Notes: generated by a model not told the origin, from the sequence alone. A stretch of 63,915 bases of DNA, filler included, from Octopus bimaculoides (GCF_001194135.2; 5 parts of 5 records of this genome joined end to end with filler, not necessarily neighbours in it); one strand, 5' to 3'. Shown: positions 50,160 to 62,830, counted from the first letter of the whole stretch. A program made the numbers and translations.

Positions 50160-50500
50160 AAGGTGCATGGCTCAGTGGTTAGAGCATTGGGCCCACAATC
50201 ATGAGGTAGTAGGTTTGATTCCCAGACTGGGCTGTGCATTATGTTCTTGAGCAAGACACTTTATTTCCTATTGCACCACCAATTCATTCAGGTGTAGAAA
50301 TGAGTTCTGACGTCACTCGTGCCAAACTGTTTCAGCCTTTGCCCTTCCTTTGGTTAACACTGGTGGTATGGAGAGGGGTGGTTAGTATGCATGGACAACT
50401 GCTGATCTTCCATGAACAACCTTACTCAGACTTGTGCCTTGGAGGGGAACTTTCTCGGTGCAAGCCCATGGTCGCTCATGACCGAAGGGTGTCTTTAGCC
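50160..50500 (+). mobile_element. tRNA-derived SINE family E with a CORE/Meta-like central domain
   Basis: tggctcagtggttagagc (A box), ggtttgattccc (B box), tgttcttgagcaagacacttta. Confidence 0.75.
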
Positions 50501-50964
50501 TTTCATATATATATATATATATATAAACTACTAAGACATTCCAGACTCCAACTGAAGTGGTAATTAGCTGTGAATGATCTGTGTGTCTTGCTTTGTCCTG
50601 TTTGCTGTTTGTTGTGCTGTCGTCCAATTTTCTGCACATTGTGTTTTGATGGTTTTCATTTGTTATGTTCTGTCTGTTCCACCTTTGATTTGTGTGTGTG
50701 TTTGTGTACACACACACACATACATATAGAAGTGTGTATGTGTGTCATCATCATTGTTCATGCTTACATCTTACTGTGGGTCAGATGAAGTTTGTTGAGA
50801 TAAATTTTCTATAGCTGGATGCTTTTCCTGTTGCCAACCCTCACCTGCTTCCATGCAAGGTAACATTTCCACTACTCCTCCAGAGCCTGTCTGTTAAAAC
50901 AAATATATATATCCATCCACCATTCATCCACCATCCATCCATATGTATATGCATTTAGATAAAT

Positions 50965-51106
50965 ATAGTTATGGCCAGTCTATGGGGTTACCTAGAGTTT
51001 TATGTCCGTAAAGTGCTTAGCTTTACAAGTCTTTGGTCTGACAAGATGTAAAGCAACGCTTTATGGATGCAAAACCTAGGTAACTTCATAGATTGGCCAT
51101 AACTAT
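50965..51106. mobile_element. 142-bp hairpin MITE-like element (~62-bp imperfect arms)
   Basis: atagttatggccagtctatg...ctttaca / tgtaaag...catagattggccataactat. Confidence 0.7.
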
Positions 51107-51179
51107 CTTTAAATACTCAAATGCTCTATAACTTAGAGTGTGCTTTTCTTTTGGATTGTTGATTTAGTGGCAATATATA

Positions 51180-51874
51180 CAGGGTGTGATGGGTAAATTT
51201 GTTGCCAAATTATATTCTTAATTTCATGGACGTACATTGTTTATTTTTGATTTTGTCGATTACACAGTATAGTAGGGTCAGTTGGGCACCGTCTGTATGA
51301 AAAGCAGCACCATGATACAATTCACTCTCTCAGAAATTTGGAAATGACATGCTGTACTGTTTGGTATTCATGCTTGAAGCTCCAATACATACAGAATGTT
51401 TGGGTGTCAATCTGAGGACAGTGCAATCTGAGGACCTTACCGAGAGTGTTAAAAATCAAACATCCAGTCAACATTATGGTGATCACTCGTGACAGCAACG
51501 TTATGCCTCCATTCATCTTCCCACATAGCCTCAGGTTCAACATGGAGGCCTACATCAAGTCCCTAGAGGAGGTAGTGCTGCCCTAGGTCAAGAGGGTGGC
51601 TTCTGTAAGACCCTATGTCTGGCAACAGGACTCTGCACCATGTCACACAAGCAGGTGGACCCAGTCATGGGTGTCAGACAATTTCTGCAACCACATCACC
51701 CATAACATCTGGCCACCTAACTCCCCAGGCTGCAACTCCCTTCATTATTATGTGTGGGGCTCAGTTGAGTGAGAGAACAACAACATTGCTTGTAACAGTG
51801 AAGATGAACTGAAGGCAAGGACTATGGCAGCATTCAGCAACTTAAACAAGGAGACAGTCCAGATGAGTTGCAGA

Positions 51875-51878
<4 letters not shown>
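51180..51878 (+). mobile_element. Tc1/mariner DD37D (maT) element, deleted and truncated
   Basis: Starts TA-cagggtg; WQQDSAPCH...WPPNSPGCNSLHYYVW with 37 residues between the second and third catalytic positions (third D mutated to H). Confidence 0.8.
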
Positions 51879-51917
<39 letters not shown>

Positions 51918-52594
51918 NNNNNNNNNNNNNNNNNNNNNNNNNNNNNNNNNNNNNNNNNNNNNNNNNNNNNNNNNNNNNNNNNNNNNNNNNNNNNNNNNNN
52001 NNNNNNNNNNNNNNNNNNNNNNNNNNNNNNNNNNNNNNNNNNNNNNNNNNNNNNNNNNNNNNNNNNNNNNNNNNNNNNNNNNNNNNNNNNNNNNNNNNNN
52101 NNNNNNNNNNNNNNNNNNNNNNNNNNNNNNNNNNNNNNNNNNNNNNNNNNNNNNNNNNNNNNNNNNNNNNNNNNNNNNNNNNNNNNNNNNNNNNNNNNNN
52201 NNNNNNNNNNNNNNNNNNNNNNNNNNNNNNNNNNNNNNNNNNNNNNNNNNNNNNNNNNNNNNNNNNNNNNNNNNNNNNNNNNNNNNNNNNNNNNNNNNNN
52301 NNNNNNNNNNNNNNNNNNNNNNNNNNNNNNNNNNNNNNNNNNNNNNNNNNNNNNNNNNNNNNNNNNNNNNNNNNNNNNNNNNNNNNNNNNNNNNNNNNNN
52401 NNNNNNNNNNNNNNNNNNNNTAAATAAATATGCATATATACACATGTACATACGTACATATATATGTATATATACACATAATATAAATAATATATATATC
52501 AGCATGACCGCAGCCACTTGGCTGAAACACATAAATAAATAAATAAATATGCATATATACACATGTACATACGTACATATATATGTATATATAT

Positions 52595-53310
52595 ATGTAT
52601 GCATGGACACAGGACATATCAGAATGTAAACAACAAAAAGTACGAAAATATGGAATTTGAATACATGGAATATGAACTTTTTTTGTGAAAAACGAAGACA
52701 ACAAATGGAAAACAAGACACGCAACATAAAGAACGACCCTTCATCAGTTGTCGGCTGGTTTTTCTAATCTGTATTTCAAGCATTTCCCAACAAGATATGC
52801 CTTCGATAAAACAGTTGCTCCTGCAAAGCAAATTAGATAAAATTTGGGATTTTGCGGAGGGTCAAAATTGGTAACAAGAACAGGACAGTGAAAACAAACA
52901 GGAAGGGCTACTAAGCCTAAACAAAGTGAGGTAGCGAACGCGAAGAAGCAGGCTTGGACAGGAGATGGATAGGAATACGTCTGATTCATCCAGCTGTATC
53001 AAGAGGAAATAAAAAACACAAGTTAGAGAAAGAAAGAAAGATGGCCGATGGTCACGTGTTTGCAGGAGTCTTGTAGTCTTTCTTTCTCTAATATTTTTTC
53101 TCTCCCCTTCGCCATTCTCTGTCTGTCACTCTCTCTCCCTCACTCTTCCTCCTTTGCTCTCTCGTGGCTCCCACGTTCTTTATGTTTTCATTTGTTTCCT
53201 TTGTTGCTCGCAAAAAAGTTCATATTCCATGTATTCGTATTCCATATTTTCGTATATTTTGTTGTTTACGTTCTGTGACGTCCTGTTCCCACGCATGCAT
53301 ATGTATATAC
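52595..53310. repeat. Inverted pair of family-F repeats (52595-52745 / 53171-53310)
   Basis: caggac..cagaa.gtaaacaacaaaa..tacgaaaatatggaat..gaatacatggaatatgaactttttt is present in both orientations. Confidence 0.8.
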
Positions 53311-53454
53311 ATATATATGTAAGTATGTACATATACATAAATATATATGCATATATATATTATTTATATTATTATTTGATTGAATGCCATGAATCCATTT
53401 CCAAGCAAGTTTTATCTATATATACATATATGCATATATAGATGTATGCATGTG

Positions 53455-53513
<59 letters not shown>

Positions 53514-54275
53514 GCATATATATATAAATATATATATATATATNNNNNNNNNNNNNNNNNNNNNNNNNNNNNNNNNNNNNNNNNNNNNNNNNNNNNNNNN
53601 NNNNNNNNNNNNNNNNNNNNNNNNNNNNNNNNNNNNNNNNNNNNNNNNNNNNNNNNNNNNNNNNNNNNNNNNNNNNNNNNNNNNNNNNNNNNNNNNNNNN
53701 NNNNNNNNNNNNNNNNNNNNNNNNNNNNNNNNNNNNNNNNNNNNNNNNNNNNNNNNNNNNNNNNNNNNNNNNNNNNNNNNNNNNNNNNNNNNNNNNNNNN
53801 NNNNNNNNNNNNNNNNNNNNNNNNNNNNNNNNNNNNNNNNNNNNNNNNNNNNNNNNNNNNNNNNNNNNNNNNNNNNNNNNNNNNNNNNNNNNNNNNNNNN
53901 NNNNNNNNNNNNNNNNNNNNNNNNNNNNNNNNNNNNNNNNNNNNNNNNNNNNNNNNNNNNNNNNNNNNNNNNNNNNNNNNNNNNNNNNNNNNNNNNNNNN
54001 NNNNNNNNNTTATATATATATATATGTGGATATATATAATCCCCTAAGATCTCAGATATTTTTTCTGAATCTCTCGGATTCTTTCAATGTGCTAGCTTCC
54101 TGGTAATAAATCAATGTTAATTAATATCTGATTTTTACCCTATGTTTTAATTTGATTATATATATATATATGTAGCTATAATATTAAAATACATATGTTT
54201 ATATATTTATGTATATACACTAGCAGAAATACCAGGCGTTGCTCGAGATTAAAATGGCATAATTTTTTATTGCTT

Positions 54276-54380
54276 TAATTGTTTCGGTCATGTGACTGTG
54301 GACATGCTGGAGCACTGCCTTTAGTTGAGGAAATTGATCCCAGGATTTATTTTTTGTAAGCCTAGTACTTATTCTATCAG
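54276..54380 (-). mobile_element. SINE family A tail
   Basis: gtttcggtcatgtgactgtggacatgctggagcactgcc. Confidence 0.7.
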
Positions 54381-54545
54381 GATGTCCTTCCTAATGCCAA
54401 CCACTTTACAGAGTGTAGTGGGTGCTTTTTATGTGGTATCACATCTGTGGGGTTGCCAAGTAGTTTTCGAAACTACAGAGGAGATACTTGGCTACCCCAG
54501 TATACACACACATAAACACATATATATGTATTCAAACACTTATAC

Positions 54546-54632
<87 letters not shown>

Positions 54633-55704
54633 TACATATACACATATACACACATTCATAGGTATATATATATGCATACACATATACATTCATACCCTCA
54701 TACTCACACATAAATTCGATAAGAAGTGCATGATGAAGGAATGAGTGATGCAGAAAAAGTGATGAAGGTGAGAATGATGGTAAAAAAGAAAGTGATAGAT
54801 AAGAAGAAAGTGAAGGAAAAGATGTAGTGAAAGGTGGTTACAAGCACAGGAAGATGATGAATGATTAAGATCAATATTTATCTTTAACATCCTTTTGTAT
54901 GGTGGTCCACAATGTAAGAGTTATTGTGAACTCAACACTGGCTAATCTGCTGGCATTATCGGCCACCTCTCTGTAGAAAGCTCTGCAGTTTTACTATATC
55001 TAACACTGCAACTGGTTAGGTCCTCATTGATTTATGAAACATGTCTTCCCCAACTGCAGTGTTGAAGGGTGAGAGAGATATTGTTGTATGGATGGAGTGA
55101 AATGGTGATAGGTTTGGATTAGGAATAATGGTGTTATGATAATATTATAATGAAATTATTGCATACAGTGTTTTGGTTGCACTACAACTTGTTGGAAAAG
55201 GTGTAAAAGAGGGAAGAGAAAACAGTAATAAGTCAGGTAAAGACATCAATGTAAACTAGAAGTACATGCACAATACATATAATAACACACATGACAATAA
55301 AAGAAGTATAAAGAGGATTAATGTTGTTGAATTTTGAGAAGTATGAAAATTTGAAAGAAACAGATGTCCTGGCAGCTGGCAACTGATGTGAGTTTTTATT
55401 CCATGCTTCAAAAATACTGAGCATGAAAAAAAATATTTGTAAAAGTCATCATGGATATTGAACTGTCATTTGATTGCATAAGTATTTGTCTATAAATGGT
55501 AGAGGTACTGAATACAAAAAAGGTGACTAAAGTTGTTGTTAGAGAGATGGTGGATAATCATGTGGGTTTCTTCCAAGTTAGCTGTGAAATGTTGAAATAT
55601 TTAGTGTGTCAATGACCAGAGAAACAAGGTGTTCAAGTACTGGGGTAGATTTTTTTGATTAAAAATTATTCAAGGTCTAACAACTAAAAGAAGAAAAAAT
55701 GACA

Positions 55705-56070
55705 TTGCTGTTTGTGGTCTAGAAGTCTGCTTCCCAAACAGGTTCAGTCCCACAACATACTCCCAGACCAACAAAAGTCTTAGTGGATTTAGTAGATGGG
55801 AACTACTAAAAGAAGTCCATCATACACATGCATACACACACACGTGTGTGTGTGTGTGTAAGTTTGTCTCCTACAACTGCTTGACAATCTGTTGGTTTGT
55901 TTATGTCCCTGTAACTTAGCGATTTGGCTAAAGAAACTTATAGAGTAAGTTCCAGTCTTTAAAAAATAAATAAAAAATTACTGGCATCAATTTGTTCGAC
56001 TAAATCCTTCAAGGTGGTGCTCCAGCATGGTCGCAGTCTAATGATTGAAACAAGTAAAAGATTAAAATAA
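55705..56070 (+). mobile_element. SINE family A, complete but decayed
   Basis: Head ggttcagtccca, (CA)n(TG)n core, tail gtggtgctccagcatggtcgcagtctaatgattgaaacaagtaaaag. Confidence 0.75.
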
Positions 56071-56726
56071 TATTGTGTAACAAAGTTTTTTTCTTCTCAT
56101 TGTCTTTGGTCAGTAAGTGTTATTTCCTATTTGTTTCTATCTAGAAATCAAAGAAAATGACTACTATTTCCTTCAAATTTTACTTTTGTCACCTGAACAT
56201 CAATGTTTTGAAACTGACCTATTTTCCATTACATTTCAAACAGATTCAGTGCTGAGTTGCTGAAGCAGAAATATTGTTATAGTAAATATTTTGCTCAATA
56301 CCACTGATTGCTTAACCTTAACCACTTGAGCATGTGGCTGGCAATATGTGCATCTCTGATCATGAGCAGGAGTAGTGGGTAAGCATCATAGTCATGCGTT
56401 GAAAAGGATTCTTTGGAGTTTGAATAAATGTAACAAAAGGAAATAATACCACTACTTTCTAGGGGCAAGCAAATAGGAAATAACAGTTGCTACCCAAGGA
56501 AAAAAATCATGTTATACAGTGTAAAAGATACAAGAACTAAAACAATACCAGATGATGTTCCAACCTGCTACTCACATTAAGTGCTAGATGGAATGATCCA
56601 AAGAATTAAAAAGTTGCAGCCTTGAAGCAGAAGCTATTAATCATTTGAAACATGACACTATCAGAGCAGAATTTTCTGTATATAATATGCTTATAATCAA
56701 CAAATAGGCAGTACATATTTCAAACA

Positions 56727-56868
56727 AGGCATGGATGTGTGGTTATGATATTTGCTTCCCAACCATATAGTTTCAAGTTCGGTCTCCCTGTATGGCATCT
56801 TGAGTAGCTATGGCCCTAGGCCAACCAAAGCCTTATGATTAAATTGGTAGATGGAAACAAAGAAGCCT
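56727..56868 (+). mobile_element. SINE family A head
   Basis: ggcatggatgtgtggttatg..tttgcttcccaaccat..agttcggtc. Confidence 0.7.
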
Positions 56869-56879
56869 ATTATATCTTG

Positions 56880-57195
56880 TACCTTTTACTTGTTCCAGTC
56901 ATTGGACTGTGACCATGCTGGGACACCACTTTGAAGGATTTAGTTGATCAAATTTGCATATTTTTCTATTGATCTCCTTTGCTGAACTGATAAATTACAA
57001 GGACATAAAGAAGTCAACACTAGTTGTCAAGCAATGGGGAGTAAGGGACAAACACACACACGCACACACACACACACACACAATGGGTTTCCACCCACAC
57101 AGTTTCCGGCTATCACACTCATTCACTAGGCATTGGTCAGCCCAGAGCTATAGTGGAAGACACCTGTCCAAGGTGTCATGCAGTTGGAACGAATC
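56880..57195 (-). mobile_element. SINE family A, complete but decayed
   Basis: cttttacttgttccagtcattggactgtgaccatgctggg...ggcattggtcagcccagagctatagtggaagacac. Confidence 0.75.
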
Positions 57196-58228
57196 TTGTA
57201 GGTTAGCAGTTCCTGTCTGTTGCTTATATTTTCCATTTGTGCTTTTACTAAATAATTGGTTAGAAGTTCCCTGCAATAGAAATGCATTCTATTTAGGGTT
57301 AGTTAGTGATTGTTTTTTAAACAGCAGCTAAGATATCGACATAAACAATTCATCAGCATCACTGTCATTGTCATTTAATGTCCGCTTTCCAAATTGGCAT
57401 GGGGTGGATAGTTTGACAGGGAGCAGGCGACACTGGCAATGATCACACTCAAATGGTGCTTTTAACTTGTCACTGGCACAGGTGCCAATCAGGCGGTACT
57501 GTCATCGGCCATGACAACAATTTCACTTGCCTCAACAGGTCTTCACAAGTGCAGTTTATTATCCAATGATTGAAGGGTACTCTTAAATGGGCTGGTTATG
57601 TTGCGCTGGCATAGGCCACGGTTACGGTCACACCTGGCTTGCTGGCAATTGCTAAATGTAAACTCATTTAGCTTGCATCACTTGGATTTTGCAGCAGTAA
57701 ATCACCAATCACCAATCACCATCTGTCTTGGACATAGATTAACTCCTATTATTAAATCAAAAGGTATTGAATTACAATGGATGCACTTTCTTTATTTCTT
57801 CTTCTCATGGGAGTGACAGAGTTCATAAGTTTATGCTAATATACCACTGCAACGCATAATTATTATTTTACTAATGACTTTTCCATACTAAAATAGGTTG
57901 ACATGCTCTCTGATCTTCTGTTATTGCAGCTGTGAGGTTCAATCTCCTACATTTTGAATCCAGTTGTTTTAAACCGAGTCTTGTTTGGTCTACTTTCACT
58001 TTATATATCTTTTAATAAAGCCAGATGGAACAGTCCTCATCTCTCATTCTTACTACCCACTCACAATATATGTACATTATCATCATCATTTAATGTTCTT
58101 GTTCTATACTGGCATGGCATTGACAACTTGATAGGATCTGGTGCAAGTGTGTTTAATAGAAATAGTAAGCATTATATGTTTTTAATATATTTTTTTCCTG
58201 AATTTTTAAGTTCAAAACACAATTTTGA

Positions 58229-58342
58229 AACTTTCCACATGAAATATGCAAGTTTTTTTTAACTTTCCACATGAAATGCAGCAACTACATTTTAACTTTC
58301 CACACGAAGTGCAGCAGTTACTTTTTAACTTTCTATACAAAG
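58229..58342. repeat. ~32-bp minisatellite, about 3.5 copies
   Basis: aactttccacatgaaat...ttt repeated. Confidence 0.8.
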
Positions 58343-58566
58343 TAAACTAATAATTTTTTAATTTTTATTTTGAGTTCCAGTACTACAAAGTTCAAAAGAT
58401 TGAGAATCAATGAAGTAGAGTAAGACTCTGTCAAAGGAAGGAATTAGACACCAAAAAGAAATTCTTATCTCTGTGAGTCAGTTTGGTCCAGGAATGATCT
58501 CAATGATAGTTTATGGGAGAGAGAAACATTAAAAAGAAATGCAACAAACAAAAAACCTTGGATTAC

Positions 58567-58632
58567 CTTGCATATTTCTTAGGATCGTCAGTATTGCTGC
58601 AAAGGTCATCATCATCATCACCACTTTCAAAG
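58567..58632 (-). CDS. Candidate 66-bp internal exon of an unidentified host gene
   Basis: Acceptor ttttcttttctttctttcag, donor AAG|gtaatc; symmetric phase 2/2 frame xFESGDDDDDLCSNTDDPKKYA(R/S); a second frame is also open. Confidence 0.4.
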
Positions 58633-58744
58633 CTGAAAGAAAGAAAAGAAAATATTTATTTTTATATTCCTTCTTGTGTTTTATTTTGTGTACAGTGCAT
58701 GTAGTTCTAGCTTTCATTGTTGTCTTTCTTTACTTGACCTATTG

Positions 58745-59060
58745 AAGCTTTTTGTCCCATCATTTACTCTTTGCCTGAGTACTGAATACAATACACTCAT
58801 TATTGCTCTAGTTTGATAACATAATCTGTGTTCTGTGAGTTGAAACAATCCTCTTTCTCTTCATTGATCATACATATATTGTGGGTATCCCCTAAGATGG
58901 ACACCATTTTCATCTACGGGGTTGCTCAGGTAGTAACACTCCATGACCACAGCATTGACTTGTTTGTTCCATCTGCGCTGTGTATGCTGGTCCCTTGCTG
59001 GATAACAACAGGCTGGAGTTGGACCAGTATTCACAAAATTTTGTTTTTTCTTTTTCACTC
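58745..59060 (-). mobile_element. R4/Dong-like LINE, N-terminal ORF fragment
   Basis: RRWNKQVNAVVMECYYLSNP...RGY..MYDQ*RERGLFQLTEHRLCYQTRAI, matching the recalled R4 N-terminal pattern MECYY.S.P..RGY..RM...W.E....TEQRL.DQ.R.I. Confidence 0.65.
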
Positions 59061-59109
59061 ATATGACAAAAACAGAATTCAGTAATTCAAAAATCCAGTG
59101 AAGTGAACA

Positions 59110-59147
<38 letters not shown>

Positions 59148-60010
59148 TTTATATATATATATATATATATAAACAATATATGAGTATATGCATATATATG
59201 TACATGTATGTATATATGTTCATCCACATGTACATATAGATACATAACTGGGTACATGACGTGGCAAAAGAACAAGGACAAAAATGGTAAACAAGGTGCA
59301 ACAAACAAGCAGGCCACATAGAAACATCCCCTTCATCAGCTGCCACCATTAAAACTCCGGCGTATCGAAGAATTAAGGCAGTACGCATCGCATCGGTAAA
59401 ATGATTCTTCAATTATTTTTCTATCAGTAATTAAAAATAGAACAAGGTGAATTGGTTCTTTTCAAGGCCAAGGTCAGCACTCTCATTGATTGCTAGTAGT
59501 AGTATACACATTTGACCTCTGCTGACCCTAACGGTTTGAGGCCTCTTTGTCTCCTTATTGCACAGGGATGGCCATTGCTGATCACTTCACTATCTGCTGA
59601 ATCTATTTATAGACCTTTGGAATTTAATCTATTCACCAAGCTGTTTTTCTTGCACCTGCTATTCCCTTAAACCCTCACATATTTATGATTATCTCAAGTA
59701 CAAGACAAATGTTGAAACTAAACAGCATTCAATAATACCTTTTAATAATAAATGGAAATAATAATAATGATGGTAATAATGGTGGTGGTGGTGGTGGTAA
59801 TAATGATAATAATAATAATTTAGCCAAAACTCATGTCAGATCAGAGGAAATATTAACAATGACAAGTAGTAAAAAAAATGAAAATAATATCAGTGATGCT
59901 GATAATAATAATAATGAAAGGAAGCAGTTGGAATCTCCCTATGCCCTGACTGATGATACATCTAGTGATGGTGTCACAATTAAAACACTGGTAATTGTGC
60001 AACCTGCTAT

Positions 60011-60237
60011 TTGTCATTAGGTGCGCTATCTGTTCGAGATAAACTCTACCGACATGGAAGTGCCGTCAACCGGGCCTGCCCGAGGTGCGCTCAGGACGAC
60101 GAAACCGTTCTGCACGCACTCGTCCAGTGCCCGAGCATTGCTGACCTGTGGGTCTATATCGAACAGCTACTGTCACGTGTAGGACGGATCCGGCTATCAG
60201 CTGGATCCATCGTGAGAATTGACCCGCCGACCTCCTT
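60011..60237 (+). mobile_element. Tx1-type LINE ORF2 C-terminal zf-RVT fragment, cut by the linker
   Basis: ALSVRDKLYRHG..CPRCAQDDETVLHALVQCP, homologous to 31136-31840. Confidence 0.9.
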
Positions 60238-60337
60238 NNNNNNNNNNNNNNNNNNNNNNNNNNNNNNNNNNNNNNNNNNNNTTAATTAATTAANNNNNNN
60301 NNNNNNNNNNNNNNNNNNNNNNNNNNNNNNNNNNNNN
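60238..60337. other. Assembly linker 44N-TTAATTAATTAA-44N
   Basis: Linker at 60282-60293. Confidence 0.95.
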
Positions 60338-61880
60338 ACCTGATGTCATTTAGGAAGCGCCCTTGCTTCCAGCTAGACATCAGGCCACGAACATTTATAC
60401 AAACAATGTGAATAGACATGGCTTACCTGTTAGTCAGGGCTGTCCGGTGGAGAGGGACCCTCCACCTTTTCTTGATACAGGGTCGGAGGTGGCAGGTCTT
60501 GAAAAATAGATTCATTAAAGTCTAGTCTCATTGCTGACACAGACTTTCTGTACGTATTTTAAAAAATATTGTGTGTCCTTTTGCCCATTTCATAAAATTC
60601 ATAATTTTTATATTTGTCTGACAGTTGCTGATTTTTTTGATTTTATTTCTCTCATTAAATCTTCATTTTTAGTATGTAGTGCTACAATTCCTCTGTCCGC
60701 TACTTCTTTCCTTGTTGTTTTTGGTTGGACTCTTTTTGATGTCTTTTTTGGTCGTTGTTCTGTTGGTTTTCGTTTTCTATTTTTCTTTTGCCAGTAACTT
60801 TCTTTTCTGTTTCATTTTCTTTTTCTTCCTCCTCAGCTTCCGATTCCTCCACGTCTTCCTTACAGTATTTTTTTATATGGCCTAGCTGGCCACACCGAAA
60901 ACATCGGGGTTTACGTCCCTTGACAAAAACGTTGAGGAACTCCTCCCCAACTTCTATTTTTTCTGGAAGCTGTTCTAAAACAGTTTGTTCCGTTTGTATA
61001 ATGAAGTGGACCATGTGGCCGGTCCAATTTGCCTTTTCAGAGACGTTAGCCTGAAGGATATTTATCTCCTCTATTTTTTTTGACAGGACTGCCGCCATCA
61101 ACCACATAGGGTCGACTTTAGGAGGGACCTTTGTTATTCGTATGTTGGCTGTCCTCATACCCATGTATATAGGTATTAGAATTAAATCTTCTGTTTCCAA
61201 TGAATTTATCGAGTGCATCTGTGCCGTTTCAATATTTTTTAGCTGTACCTCGATGGTACCGAACTTTTTACCTCTGGTTAGATATGTGATATCCTGCCAG
61301 ATGGATTTCAAACATTTTTCGACCCTCTCCTCGCTTACTCGCTCAATTTTTCTTTCTTTTTTTACAGTATGTCTTGAACATAATGGTTTTCTTCTTTACT
61401 GACAATAAATATTCTTCTGGGGGGTTGAACCTTGACAACGCCGTCTTGAATTGTAATCATGTCTTTGTACATTAGTAAGTCCTTTTTATTCGTCGACAGC
61501 TGGCGTGTTCCACCTCCAGCCGCCGACGCAAAACTTCTTTTTTTGTTTTCCTTCTGTTTGAAGGCTTTTTACAGTAGAATTCGTTGGTTTTGGCAATTCA
61601 CCTTCAGAAGAATCTGAAACATCTCCAAACAATAAACTTTCAATATTTTTTCCATCGGTTGACGACTCTTCGCCAGACGAAGATACACTATTCGGCATCT
61701 TGCCAGCAATTAATGCTTCCCCCACAGGGGAAAACACACGATAGTTTTCGAACGAAGACTATCACACAAATAATTATAACAGGAACACTAATTATAACAG
61801 GAAATAACACAAAAACAGTCAATAGAAACTTGCACTTACTATACAAACGCACTCAAATAATTACTAATAAATCCAAACTC
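60338..61880 (-). mobile_element. 5' half of a second Tx1/L1-type LINE: disrupted gag-like ORF1 and the ORF2 start
   Basis: ORF1 zinc knuckle CFRCGQLGHIKKYC (60700-61311); ORF2 begins at 60419 with MSIHIVCINVRGL (APE N-terminus). Confidence 0.88.
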
Positions 61881-61904
61881 ACGGAGCCGTTATACCACTA
61901 TGCA

Positions 61905-61985
61905 TTTCAACCGGTGTCACACAGGCGAAATACCGCTAAGCATTTTGCCCGGCGTGCTCACGATTCTGTCAGCTCGCCACCTTTA
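61905..61985 (-). mobile_element. SINE family B head
   Basis: gaaataccgctaagcattttgcccggcgtgctcacgattctgtcagctcgccacc. Confidence 0.8.
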
Positions 61986-62529
61986 ACTGTAACAATATAG
62001 AAACATTTCTCATGGCACCAGCACACAATTTACAGATGCTTACATTTTTTATGTTTTTCCTTAATTTTTCACGGGTCCAGCTAGTTTATTATAAATGTAT
62101 GTATTTTGATTAAATAACCTATTTGTAATGTATAATGTCTTTTTTCATTTCTTTAGATCAGGCAAAAGCTATATTTTGTGTAAGCTGCAAAAATGACTTG
62201 AGCCAACTCACATAAACAAGTTACTCGTAATTTTTTGTCAGTTGAATGATGAAGAGGAAATTGACCCAAATGGTATTTGAATTGAGAACCATGAAAGATG
62301 AAACGAAAGGTTGTAATGTATATTAGTACAGAATCACAATTTCTATTAAGGCCAATGTAATTTATTATATACTAGCGTATCCGTTATGTATTTCTGTTGA
62401 GAACAGACAATAGAATAAAGTTAAAATATGGAACATTACGCTCTTTTGTTAAATACAAATATTTACTGTAATAGACTTTACTTTAAACAAGCTTGACAAA
62501 AAAAATCGGTTTGATAAGAGCTTTAATAT

Positions 62530-62830
62530 TACAAAAACTACCCAAATTCCGATGATGTTGACTCTGCCATTCATTCTATCAGGGTTGATAAAATAAGTAC
62601 TAGTTAAGTTCTGGGGTCGATGTAATTGTCTTACCACTTCCTCCAAAATTGCTGACATTGTAACAAAATTAGGAAGTAAATTGCAGAAACTTGCATTATT
62701 TGTCCTGGCTCTTTACGTTCTAAGTTCAAATCCAGCCGTAGTCAACTAAGCCTTTCATACATCTGCAGTCGATAAAAAATACCCACCATGTACTGAGATC
62801 GATGCTTTTGACTAACCTATTATCCCATCT
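62530..62830 (+). mobile_element. Two tandem degenerate SINE B copies
   Basis: gataaaataagtactag..ctggggtcgatg and ttacgttctaagttcaaatccagccg. Confidence 0.6.

Noticed and set aside
58229-58342. CRISPR-like array of ~32-bp repeats
   Set aside because: Adjacent degenerate tandem units without unique spacers, in eukaryotic context with no cas genes.
58567-58632. Naming the exon as ARNT/tango (acidic tract then ..YAR before the bHLH ENHxEIERRRR)
   Set aside because: No bHLH exon was found in the window; the resemblance is too weak for a gene symbol.
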